A stretch of DNA of 45,242 bases from Octopus bimaculoides (lineage: Eukaryota). Of this stretch, positions 1 to 11,080 are shown in pieces. The position numbers and the translations under genes were made by a program. Under the pieces are notes generated by a model, which had not been told where the DNA came from, did not search any database, and worked only from the letters and a program-made list of their open reading frames with translations. The stretch's first letter is position 1, and each line of letters starts with the position of its first letter. The DNA is taken from assembly GCF_001194135.2 (NCBI RefSeq), contig NC_068984.1:67491329-67536570 (forward strand), given 5' to 3'.

Positions 1-347
1 ATAGGTGCCCTGGGAATGACAGCGAAACGGGCTGATTACTACCTAGATCAGATTCCAGGAAACCCCAAAATGGCTGAAGTTCAAAAGATAGTGCTCATGG
101 GAACTGCCCATACCCTACGTAAAATACTGTCTATGTGATCTCAAATTTTAAAGCAAACACATAATTTTCTTATGGTTTCTTAAACATTCACTTGAACAAA
201 ACTGTACAAATCCAAATATATGGTACCCTAGGCATAACACCTACATGAACTTCTAACTTGTTGTCTCTTGAGGTCTCTGGGTGAGACTTGGATCCAACTT
301 GTACAAATGCAAAACAAAAGTCAAACATAAAATAATAATAATAATAA
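1..347 (+). mobile_element. 3' end of an R4/Dong-like (RLE-clade) non-LTR retrotransposon with 3'UTR and (AAT)n tail
   Basis: 1-138 translates without stops to IGALGMTAKRADYYLDQIPGNPKMAEVQKIVLMGTAHTLRKILSM*, the IGALG...QKxxLxGTAxxLRK C-terminus typical of R4/Dong ORFs. A UTR follows, then an (AAT)n run at about 331-347. Confidence 0.85.
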
Positions 348-1222
348 TACACTGTCTTCCTGAATGCCAAACAATTTGATTACCGCAATGAATACCTGGG
401 CAGTTGCGGTGGTCAGACATAGTACGTCCATCCTCAAATGAACTAAGGAGAAAATATCAACACTCGACAGAAGTACGAAAAAGTTGGTGACACTGGGTGG
501 GGCGCTATACCCTAAAACAATTCCAAACAGACTGTATATGAAGAGAAAGAATAGTGGCAGAAGACTAATTGGTACAGACCATTGTATAAAGAGTGAAAGG
601 AGAACGCTTGCCAAGTATTTAAAAAATAGTCATGAAGATCTGCTGCAATATGCGGTGAAAGATATGGGTGTAAATGCAGATAAAATGATGGGCAACGAGT
701 TTGACCAAAGAGCTGAGGGGAAGAGAAAAGAAGACCTTTTTGAAATGAGAACGCACGGACAGTCTGAAAAGAATACACAAGGCGTTAAGGATAATACAGC
801 ATCGTGGGCATGACTTGAGCGAGGTGATTTGAAGCGCACCAACGAAAGTTTGATCATTGTGGCACAAGACCAGGCTCTTGCTACCAATTCAGTGAAGTAT
901 AACATCTATAAAACTCTGACACCCAGAAATGCATACTCTGTGGAAAGAGAGTGGAAAGTGTGACCCACTTGGTAAACGGGTGTGATAGCTTTGCACAAAA
1001 AATACAAGCGTTGCTACGATAAAGTGTGTGTGTATCTTCATTGGCTCTTATGCCGTAAATACCAATATGAAGTAACAGAGAACTGGTATGAGATTGTACC
1101 AAGCAAAGTTATGCAGGAGGATAGAAAAGTAACGATACTCAGGAACTATGATTTTTAGACGAATCGTACAATCGAACATCGTCGGCCGGATTTTATATTG
1201 AATAAGACAGACAAATACTGTC
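348..1222 (+). mobile_element. Degenerate R4/Dong-like LINE fragment (end of RT, CCHC zinc knuckle, start of RLE)
   Basis: Translation with stops/frameshifts: NTWAVAVVRHS..LDRSTKKLVTLGGALYPKTIPNRLYMKRKNSGRRL (RT thumb), HGQ..W.WL..GDLK..NESLIIVAQDQAL, CILCGKRVESVTHLVNGC (C-x2-C-x8-H-x4-C), NRTIEHRRPDFIL (RLE R..PD motif). Confidence 0.85.
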
Positions 1223-1351
1223 TAAAGGAATATGAGTCGGTTACAAGGGCTAAATTCAACGCCGACAAATCGGTGGGTTTGCGGTTGGGTTCTTGGAGAA
1301 GCAGGTCGATGCCATCGGATGGCGTTATACTGCTCGGGATCTGGTTTGGTC
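1222..1351 (+). mobile_element. Inverted second copy of an internal segment of the adjacent Tx1/L1-like RT
   Basis: Reverse complement of 1856-1984 with about 10 differences over about 130 bp. Translates LKEYESVTRAKFNADKSVGLRLGSWRSRSMPSDGVILLGIWFG. Confidence 0.8.
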
Positions 1352-2630
1352 GTTTTCATCGGCTCGCAGAGTCTCCCCGAGAATGCCGTCGCAATTTCCC
1401 GCTACCAGCCCTCTATAAATTTCTAAAGCGGAACGATCCTATTTCACGACTGGTAGAAAGTTGTGAGCACCTGACGACATTCTAGATGCCAGGAACCCAG
1501 TNNNNNNNNNNNNNNNNNNNNNNNNNNNNNNNNNNNNNNNNNNNNNNNNNNNNNNNNNNNNNNNNNNNNNNNNNNNNNNNNNNNNNNNNNNNNNNNNNNN
1601 NNNNNNNNNNNNNNNNNNNNNNNNNNNNNNNNNNNNNNNNNNNNNNNNNNNNNNNNNNNNNNNNNNNNNNNNNNNNNNNNNNNNNNNNNNNNNNNNNNNN
1701 NNNNNNNNNNNNNNNNNNNNNNNNNNNNNNNNNNNNNNNNNNNNNNAATGATAGCACCTCTGCCCCACATTACAAGGACAGATTCCTCTCAGCTCATTTC
1801 TGGATAAGGCTGCCCACTCTGTTCTTATCATCGAAATTCTTATCCTGCAGGTCGGGACTAAACCAGATCCCGAGCAGTATAACGCCATCTGATGGCATCG
1901 ACCTGCTTCTCCAGGAAACCAACTGCAAGCCCACCGATTTGTCGGGTCGATTTTAGCCCTTATAACCGACTCATATTCCTTTAGGGTGGTGCGAACTATC
2001 TCCACTTCGGAGGCATCCAACACCATGTCAGTGACGTCTTTCGCGTATGCCGACAATGCCCTCTCGTGTTCCAGTTCGAAAGAGATGTCCCTTAAGTGTT
2101 CCAACATTTGCAGTAGTGTCTCGAGTGCCAATACTTACAGAAGAGGCAACAGCGGGCATCCATAATGGACCAAGCGTGCGTTACTAAACGGTTCCGATAG
2201 GTGGCTGTTACTTTGACCACTGAACAGATTCAGCTGTGCATTGCAGCGATCCTGTTCGAAACCGCCTGCATTCAGGACGGCTTCCAAGTAGCTATGGTCA
2301 GCACTATCGAATGGTTTCAATTGATCCAAATTAACCAGAGCTCCCTCGAAGCCAGCTTTGTCCCCAGCCCTCTCTATGATGTGTCGCAGAAAGTGGAGAA
2401 CGTCGTGGATAGAGCAGTTCGGGATTTCTCACGTTTGCGCTTCTCCGAGCAGGCTACCGATGACAAGGACCGACTTTTTCGCTAACACCTTGACCAAAAT
2501 TTGAAACTCTGTGTTTAGCAAAGTTATGGGTCCCCATTATCGGCGTCCGTCCTCAGCAGTGTCACCACACCTCTGCTAACAGCTCTAGGAATTCTCCCAT
2601 TCTACTGCCAGTTGCGGTAGGCGTCGACAA
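1352..2630 (-). mobile_element. Degenerate Tx1/L1-clade LINE ORF2 fragment (reverse transcriptase), spans an N-gap
   Basis: Minus-strand motifs in the expected order: YRNWQxNGRIP..RGVVTLLR, ITLLNTEFQILVKV, EAQT, DQxKxFD..DHSYLEAVL, SEPFS..VHYGCPLLPLL (QGCPLSP-like), ALSAYAKDVT (degenerate YADD), LGIWFSPDLQ, AERNLSL, WHLECRQ. Confidence 0.85.
1502..1746. other. Assembly gap (others at 15510-15549, 22810-22894, 34370-34641, 37141-37150, 38928-39206)
   Basis: Runs of N, most flanked by microsatellites. Confidence 0.99.
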
Positions 2631-2838
2631 CGACGAAGGTGAAGATAGGCATCGAGAGAAATATAAAAGTAATCGGAATAGAGTGCCCAGTAGAGATGTT
2701 ACAAATGGTTTGACTGCTTGACACGGCCAGAAACATCAGGAAAGGATTATACAGTTGAAGAGAAAAGATAACATGGTACCGTAGGCTGCAGGTAGCAGGT
2801 ACGATACACATGCAACACTCAAGGATTAAAAAAAAAAC
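2631..2838 (+). mobile_element. R4/Dong-like LINE 3' end with A-rich tail; probably the continuation of 348-1222
   Basis: Translates IERNIKVIGIECPVEMLQMV*LLDTARNIRKGLYS*, matching the LQKxxLLGTARILRKVL C-terminus. Short UTR and A-run at about 2828-2838. Confidence 0.65.
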
Positions 2839-2894
2839 TTGAGTAAAGAAGAAAATATATGAAGAAGAAAGATTTTCAAATTAAACAATTTTAA

Positions 2895-3012
2895 GGATGG
2901 GGAGGTAGGTAGATTATGGCGTCCTCAGAGGTCCACTGGTACTAATGTTATCAATCCTGAAAGGAATAAAGTTAAAGTTGACCCCAGCGGAATTTGAACG
3001 TAGAACGTAAAG
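2895..3012 (-). mobile_element. Partial SINE, family A
   Basis: ctggtact..atc..gaaagg..aaagttgacc..gcggaatttgaac..agaacgta aligns to the copy at 21561-21755. Confidence 0.6.
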
Positions 3013-3544
3013 AATGAAAGAAAGAAGAAAGAAAGATGAAGATGAAGGTAATGGTATGGAAAGTAACAGCATCAGTATATGCCAAGCAAATCATTAGCAA
3101 TAATTGAAAATAACAGCAAATATAGTGGCGTCTAGCAATAATGAAATCAATTTATGAATCAATATTTGTCTTCAGATATTTAGTAAAAACCAGCAGAAAT
3201 GCCTAAGTGAGAAAAACTATTGAATTGTGTAGAATTTAAATGGTTGCAAACTTTAATTTCAACTACGGTAAAATCGTATCACAAAAACCCACACATGCAC
3301 CACTTATACTCTTCTTTATATTAATGTATGATAAACGCACACTTATGTCTACATATGTTGCATTGTAAAGATTTAGTTAGATGTGGGTACGCACTATTTA
3401 AGACACACACACCCAAAAACACACACATGCAAACATATATATAAAGTGAAAGAGAAAGAAGAAACAGACTTCTTCATCCACATTCAAACACGCTTTCTAA
3501 TCGTTCGCATGGAGTTTGCTTTAACTGCTCTTTCTCCCCTTTGT

Positions 3545-3570
3545 CTTTATATATATACATACATACATAT

Positions 3571-3610
<40 letters not shown>

Positions 3611-3800
3611 ATACATACATATATGTACATACATATATATATATACATATATATGTATAAGTGCATACACACACACACCCACACACATATATATATACAT
3701 ATATATACTCGTATGTTTGTGTGCTCATGTACATACATATATCCGTACATGTGTATACATATGTGTGTGTGTGTGGGGGGGTATTCATATATATAGATAT
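3545..3800. repeat. Compound (TA)n/(CA)n/(TATC)n microsatellite
   Basis: Direct reading. Source of the YIYI/HTHT-type ORFs. Confidence 0.9.
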
Positions 3801-4629
3801 ATCATTATGAATGTATAACATACAATTTAGGGTAGTGAGTTTATTGTCGTAAGATCGTGGGGTCAATTTCAATCTCTGAATCGTGTTGAGTTTTGTATTC
3901 TTGAGCAACGCTCTTCATTTTCAATATCTGCATATAAGTACGGCTCGGAGGATTTTGCATATTTCTGTTCTTGTCTTTGCATCCACTTTTCCTCTGGCTC
4001 AAAGTTATGGAGGGACGTGTGGTGCCAAGAAGCATGTTATACATGTGAAGTTTTTAAATAATCAGCGTGCGGCTAACCAATTAAGACTCGTTCATTACGT
4101 ATAAAGCAGTTTTCCTATCTTTAATGGATTTAATACTACAGTCAAATAATTACTACAGCTTTTGTGAAATCATATTTCAATTAAACTAATATTATGATTA
4201 AATAGCTAAATGTCCGTTCATACTGCAAAAATATTTGTTAATGATGTATCTTCATAATTTGTTCAAAGTGAAAGTCTTCTTTTAAAGTTCGAGTTGCGTT
4301 GTGTTGACTGATTTGCACTTACAATTCCCGCTTTTTCAATGAAAACCTGTTATTTAGTATAGTGACCATACTACCAATCTATGACACACACACACACACA
4401 CCTCTCTGTTTCACTTTAGTTTTCTCGTAACAAATGTTCTCCTCCCATTTTAGTTATACCTTGTGACAGAGGAACATGTCCCCTTTTGACTATTCCCATT
4501 CTTTCCTCTCTCTACACAGATGTTACGGGCAGACGAAGATCAATTTCTCACAATATAACATTATTATTATTATTATTATTATTACTATTATCACTACTAC
4601 TACTATTACCATCACTATTACAAATATTA

Positions 4630-4960
4630 TTGTCCATTTAGAACGGGTTTGAATTTCTGAATAAAATTCTTTTCGCTTACTCTTCTCTCGCCTTCTCTTG
4701 AGTTGTAGTACAGTTTATGCAATAGGAATATTATAAACATTCTGACCACAATTTTCTAAATGGTTGCTTAATTTCATCTGACGAACATCAGGGTTCCTAA
4801 TAAAATTTACTGTCGGTGCACTTGTGAGCGTTCCGATAATGACTTTCCAGTCGCGCCAATATATATGTCTTCACATTACGGACATTTGATGCAGTAGATA
4901 AGATTTCTGATTTTAAACTTCATATGCATTTGTAGATAATCTTCCGGTCTCTGTATTGGC
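4630..4960 (-). mobile_element. Penelope-like element GIY-YIG endonuclease fragment (3' end of ORF, decayed)
   Basis: Minus strand: RNLIYCIKCP*CEDIYIGATGKSLSERSQVHRQ, then RNPDVRQMKLSNHLENCG, then KNFIQKFKPVLN. This is the NxIY-CxxC-YIGxT..LxxR..H and FIxKFKPxLN pattern of PLE endonucleases. Confidence 0.8.
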
Positions 4961-5502
4961 ATATTAACTTGTATATATATATGAACTGGCATGTACAGCA
5001 ACGATTGTCACTATATTTTGGTGCTATGAATGTTTTATTAGTGTGGTATTGGTCAAATTTTGCCTTTGTCAATAATTGCTTCAAGTTTTTAGTTGCCTTT
5101 TTGCAGGAAGTAATGTTCGGTGTGTAATTATATCTTTTATTTCATTACTCTGACAGATAAAGGACAAGTTTAATTCGGCAACGTTAAAGATATTTTGCTG
5201 ACGTAGATTGTGTGTCACTATAGATATTACGATGTTCTGTTATTGTGCTGCTCTTGATTGGGTTTCTCTACGTTGTTCTGCAGGCATTTACTTACCATGC
5301 TGATCCCATTTTCTAAAAGAAGGAATGGACATTTCTCTTTTAGTCCTGTGAGACGCTTGATTCCAGTATCTCCGATACTGACAATGGTACAAAGTTCCTG
5401 GCTATGCAGTACGACAGATTGCGTTTTTGGGCGTTATAATTTCAAGTTCAGTAACCCAGGAATTTCATTGACTTATATAATTAACTGTACAACATCATAC
5501 GA

Positions 5503-5544
<42 letters not shown>

Positions 5545-5738
5545 TTTGTATCGTGGTCAGATATTTCCACTATGACTGTTCAGTCGTTCGACTAGCTGAT
5601 ATGCCAGATATCGAATTCACTTGTAAGCGGCTGAGTATTTAAGAAACACGTGTGACATTAATATTATTTTCAGTTGGAATCAACGTAACATTGTGTGGCA
5701 GGGTTGTGTCTAAAGATTTAACATATAATTCATTCCAG

Positions 5739-5819
5739 GGGTTTCCGTCTATTCAATTCGACTAATGTGGTTTAAACCAACTGAAAGCTGTGAAGAAGGA
5801 AAAAGACTTCCTGAAGGAG
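5739..5819 (+). CDS. Candidate internal exon of an unknown gene (phase 1-1)
   Basis: ttcattccag|...GGAG|gtacga; 81 nt, open frame xVSVYSIRLMWFKPTESCEEGKRLPEG. No family recognised. Confidence 0.25.
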
Positions 5820-7486
5820 GTACGAAATGCACATGTTAAACATAATAGTTGTCAAATACATAGACAAGTAGTCCGTTGGAGTTTTGGCTAAATCCATCGT
5901 TTCAACTTAGAGCAAATAACATTCTAGTTTTTATCAACGAGTTTGAAAGGCTACATTATTCAATGCATTCGTTTTCTTCAACATGTGTATGATGTGATGC
6001 GGAAGTAACTTGGCTGCTATATCTAGCAGAGGGATTGGCCATGTAAAATTTCTCCCCTTCAGCAAAGATTATGCATTCGCCCCACTTTCATCCGTATGAA
6101 TACTACGTGTCTCTGAGCATTTAGGTGACTGCGAGGTGAGATGGGTGTCTATTCACAAGATACAAAAATATCACGAGAGAAAGAACACAAAATATAGACT
6201 ACTAATTCAGAATCACCTGATATAAATTTTGCCCCCCCCCCCAGTACTGCATTTCTAGTAACATCTATCATCGATTCGCGTGTCTCCTTTTTGCTGCTGT
6301 TAAATTCTGTATTGAGATAAATATAATATATTTGATCTCTTAGAACAGGAAGAAAACTAAATGAGTATGAGGTATCAGCCATAAGAACACAACTATCCAA
6401 CGAGGTTAAAATAATGATTTCATGAGATTAGGTACGATGCCATATTATTATTATTACTACGACATATTGGATATATTCGATTTAGTCTATGTACTTATCT
6501 TCCCAATACAGATGTACGATTAAATTGATCCAATTGATATTTGAACCCAGAAGACTGAGTTATGGAATTAATTTCAGTAAGTTTCAATAAAACCTTCAGC
6601 ACAGCATTTCCCAGTCTCAGCCATTACTTCCTATCTTGTAAGTTAAAAATAATAAATGACAAAACTATACGTTACTTTATCAAATCTACTGAATATCCGA
6701 ATAGAATTCGTAGTCGTTTCACACGGTATTTCAGCTTTATTTTTGGAGATATTTGCCGTGAAAAAAAAAATAAAAAGAGCATAAATGCTAGAGAAGAAAA
6801 CAAAGAATTATTTGATCCAAACCCAGAGCTAGTCCATTAACATAGAAGCTCAATACTTCCGCTGGGATAGAGAAAAAAAAAAAGATTAATTTGATAGTAA
6901 GCTATATAACATTTCCAAAACAGATCGGTGTGCATCGTTTAATACATATGTTGCTTCAACTGACAAAGCGCGATAATCTATTCTTGGAAAATATTTAATA
7001 GAATGCGCTTGCTGAGCCAAAAGGTATATTGATAGGACATACTGGCGACAGATAAATTGCTTCTGAAAATAAAACGGGAATTTGCTATATGCACCACGAT
7101 TCGGATATACACTGAGTGAGAGAATGGAATCATTTCAACGTAAATAGTAATATTGGCTTGCAATGGAGAGGCAGCTGTTATTAAGATAGTTAACACAAAT
7201 GTACATTACTTTTAAGAGACTACCACATACTCGGATAATGTGGGATGAGGAAGAATTATCAGTATCTCCGACATACAAAGATGATTCGTATGAACTGCTG
7301 TATTGAAATATCTGTAATCTATTTCATGTCTGAATATTTCGTCTTATATATCCATTCCAATTTATATCTTTTCCTCACTTAGTGGAAGACTTCTAATAAG
7401 TATTAACTTCACAGGCAAAATATAGATTTAGGAAAAATTCTTAATCTCGAAGAAAATGAAAAATAACTTATTTTATTCTTTTATAG

Positions 7487-7537
7487 CTATAAAGGTCATT
7501 GATTGCAATCAGTCAATTTATTCCAGCTATTATTTTG
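7487..7537 (+). CDS. Candidate internal exon (phase 1-1)
   Basis: ttattttattcttttatag|...TTG|gtaact; 51 nt, open frame xIKVIDCNQSIYSSYYF. Confidence 0.3.
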
Positions 7538-8053
7538 GTAACTTTAATTTACTTTGATTACCATGGTTACATATATTTATTGTCAAAAAAGATTTTAATA
7601 AATCCTATATACTTTCATATACTAAATTACATGAAAGAAAACATATTCTTAGGTATTGCCATGAAGCCAAGTAATCTAGTTTGAAAATGCAATATTGTAT
7701 AAAATCAGAGGTAACAACAAAATATCAATATATTGAAAATACATAGTCAATGATTAGTTTTTATTGATATATGGGAAATAGCAAAAGAAATATTATGACA
7801 GTCGTGTAATATCCAAAGTTAATTTGTAACATAATTCTGAGGAAGTACTTCGTATAAAAATAGCAATTCAGCAGTGAATTTAGTGCGCTACATCACGCAC
7901 GCAGGCCACTTTTCACAATGTACCGTTAGAATTAATTTACAGTTAAAATATAATTGAAATTTATTTAAATGTTAACATCTCTAGGATTTAGCCATTATTT
8001 TAAAGCTCCACGTTAGTCCTTATAACGCATATATATGATTAAATATCTTTCAG

Positions 8054-8540
8054 CACTAACCAGACTGCCTTTTCATAAATCGAAGACAAATCTGTCCTAT
8101 GCATCTTTCCTTATACGAAATATTGAGAGTGATTTGCTTGATATTTCTAGTAGGTCATGCAAATTCTTTAGACAGTCAAATAGCAGATATTCTCAAAATC
8201 AATATGGATTCTTCATATTCGTATTAAAAAGTAACACTTGTAAAAATATATGGGAACACTTTACTTCCGTCACCACACCGAAGAAACAGAAGATAACTAC
8301 GTGCTCTTCTCTGCCGAACGAAAACTTCGTGATAGCTGGTGTGCAACATGACTATTTCGCAATGCCAGTGATTCTGCGTTTATACCCGTCATTAATACTC
8401 TTTAGAATGCAATGTTTTCGATATTCCACCAGCCTCAAGGCCCGGATAAGAGGGAATTGTCAACATATGAGAAATGCCAAACAGATACACATTTTACTCA
8501 AAATTGGAATCATGGTCAAGGAACGAACTTTGAAAAAATG
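8054..8540 (+). CDS. Candidate large exon inside the 181-codon ORF 8035-8580 (phase 1-2)
   Basis: Longest non-repeat, non-N ORF in the window. Acceptor tatctttcag| lies 19 nt after its start and donor ATG|gtacgt lies 40 nt before its end. The peptide is K/R-rich and D/E-poor, which argues against it. Confidence 0.3.
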
Positions 8541-9822
8541 GTACGTAATTGAAACACAGCAAAGAAAAAATATTGGTTAATAAATAAGCAATTTCACAGA
8601 TACATCAAATTTATAAAATGTACTCATCTTCCAGACATTTTGCACATTTGCATGCAAAGCTTTACATAATTAGCCGCATGAAAATTGTATGAGAAGTTAA
8701 AAATAAATGCAATTCAAAATATTTCCTAATACGACCGAAATTTTTTCCCCAATGATAATTTCTTTAATATATGTTAACTATAAATTATTTTCTATTAGTA
8801 CCTTTAATTCAACAGATATAAACATTGTTGATTGTATGATAATGGAAATATCAAATATCTAAACTAATTATTCTATTTTAAGATACTTTATCTAATGTTT
8901 ATGATATCAGAATTACGAATGATTAAATTACAATAACATTCTATATTAAGAATTATATAACTGTAAATGATAAACATAATGGTCAGGGATATCAAACACA
9001 TGGAAACTGTTATTAGTTAAGTGAACAGTAACACAGTAATATTTAAAACAAGTTAATAGTGTTTGAATATTTGAAGATACTGTGCATCTATAAAATATAT
9101 ATACACACATATAACTGTATATATGCGTTATATATGTATAGATATGTATGAGGTTATATATGTATACATATAGTTGTGTTGACATAATGAGTTAGGATTG
9201 GAAACATTCATGGATATTTATCTTTATATTTAAAGTTAGTGTGAAGAAGTTGCTGCAACAAAGTTGAGTATTGCATTTTTTTTTTGTGTATTCAACAAAC
9301 TAAAGAACATCTACTCACCGAGAATGTATAGACTGACTTCGATTAATGGTAATATTTATATCCATTCATGTAATGGTAAACAACTCAAACAGTTTCCAGT
9401 AGGAGCGAGCGCTATGGACATAAATGAAAATAAAAATAGAGAATTTAATTATTTGTATATGTACGCATTCAATACAATAAATTACATCAGGTTTATGTAC
9501 TTATTATCAAGCTGATCTTATTGAACAACTGTAAGCGAATAGTTTTTAACCATTGGTGATTTTATTCTGATCAATATCAGTCAACCGGGAGCCAAAGAAA
9601 CATTAATTATCAGCATCAACAACACAATCATCGTTGTAGCAGATGTGGAGGTGATGGGAGCAATGATAATCGTAATGAATTAATGAAAACAAATATTTCT
9701 TTCTAGCATTAAATATGAACGATTAAAGTAGCGTTTATATTTGAATTTCGTTGGTAGTAAAGTATACCATCTTTTAATGGCTTGCATGAATTCTGAATAT
9801 TCAATTATTTTATACCTGTTAG

Positions 9823-9891
9823 GAAGCCAATAGATTCCGGTTCAAATTCCGATTTATACACTTTGCAAATCTCATGGTTTACACTAATAAA
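9823..9891 (+). CDS. Candidate internal exon (phase 2-2)
   Basis: ttatacctgttag|...AAA|gtatgc; 69 nt, joins in frame to 8540 giving W-KPIDSGSNSDLYTLQISWFTLI. Confidence 0.2.
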
Positions 9892-10146
9892 GTATGCCAT
9901 AATGAAATAATCTAGGGTAATAAACGTAATCGTTGCATCTATTTATGACAGTGTCTTTTGGAAAAGAAAGAAGGAAGCAGTTATTGTTAATAATGTGAAA
10001 ACTGGAGGTGGTTAGCAATGTGGTTTCCATATCTAGAACAGATATGGAATAATAACACGTATTAGGATTATTTCTGACACATAAATTCATAGGATTACGC
10101 TTCTCTACTCACGTTGATTACCTACCTATCTCTCTGAGTCTCTGTG

Positions 10147-10200
<54 letters not shown>

Positions 10201-10348
10201 GATGTATATACATATATTATAATACTTCGAAGTCAACCCTTACCATGTAAAAGTTAATAAATATGTACCCTACTAAAAAGCATTGAGCAATACGTCAGTT
10301 TAGTGTTAAACTTTCTATATATATGTTGAGATAAAAAGTCAAATATCA

Positions 10349-10379
<31 letters not shown>

Positions 10380-10964
10380 AAGTGTACATGTGTATGTATA
10401 TGTTCTGAAATATATAAAGTGTGCATACCAAAAAACTATTAGGTCAGATAATTACGTCAGTCTATTTTATTATCTTTGGGATATTTGTATAATTGATTTG
10501 CTGATGCCGTTACTCCTGGAATAACTATTCATGCTGTTCACTACACAAAGACAACAAAAACTGGTTTCCATATCTAGAACTCCTAACATCCAATTATGCA
10601 TTCCTATATTCTGTATTACACTTTACGTAAGATAACATATCAAAGAGTCAAAGAGTCAATCTTTATTTCCTTAAAAGTCTGCGCTTTTTGGCTCAGAGTT
10701 AAGTTGCGGAAGCCTTTGCAAATTATTTACGACTACCATGTGATTCACTCGGGTTTGTACGCTTTCTTTCTTTCTTTGTTGCTTTCATTCTGTATCCGTA
10801 CTAAGCACAGTATCAAATAACAGGCCTAAATCGTTTCCTTAAACTGGATTCCGTGTATTTTCCCTAAACAACTTCGAACGGTTTCAACATAATATCGATT
10901 TCTTATATTCTAGAGGATTGAGATACTATAACCAACAGTCACAGACTTTCACTTTATTTTCTGT

Positions 10965-11080
10965 ATGTTAAAATATAAGTCGACCACTTGTGGGTTTTCA
11001 ATTAAAAAGTTAGGAATCGAAATTTAATGCTGAGAAGCATTTAATGTACTTTGACCATTTTTACCTCTCCACCGTCTTCA
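10965..11080 (-). mobile_element. Highly decayed SINE, family A
   Basis: aagtcgacc...aagcattt...gaccatttttacctctccaccgtc loosely matches the intact family A copies. Confidence 0.4.
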
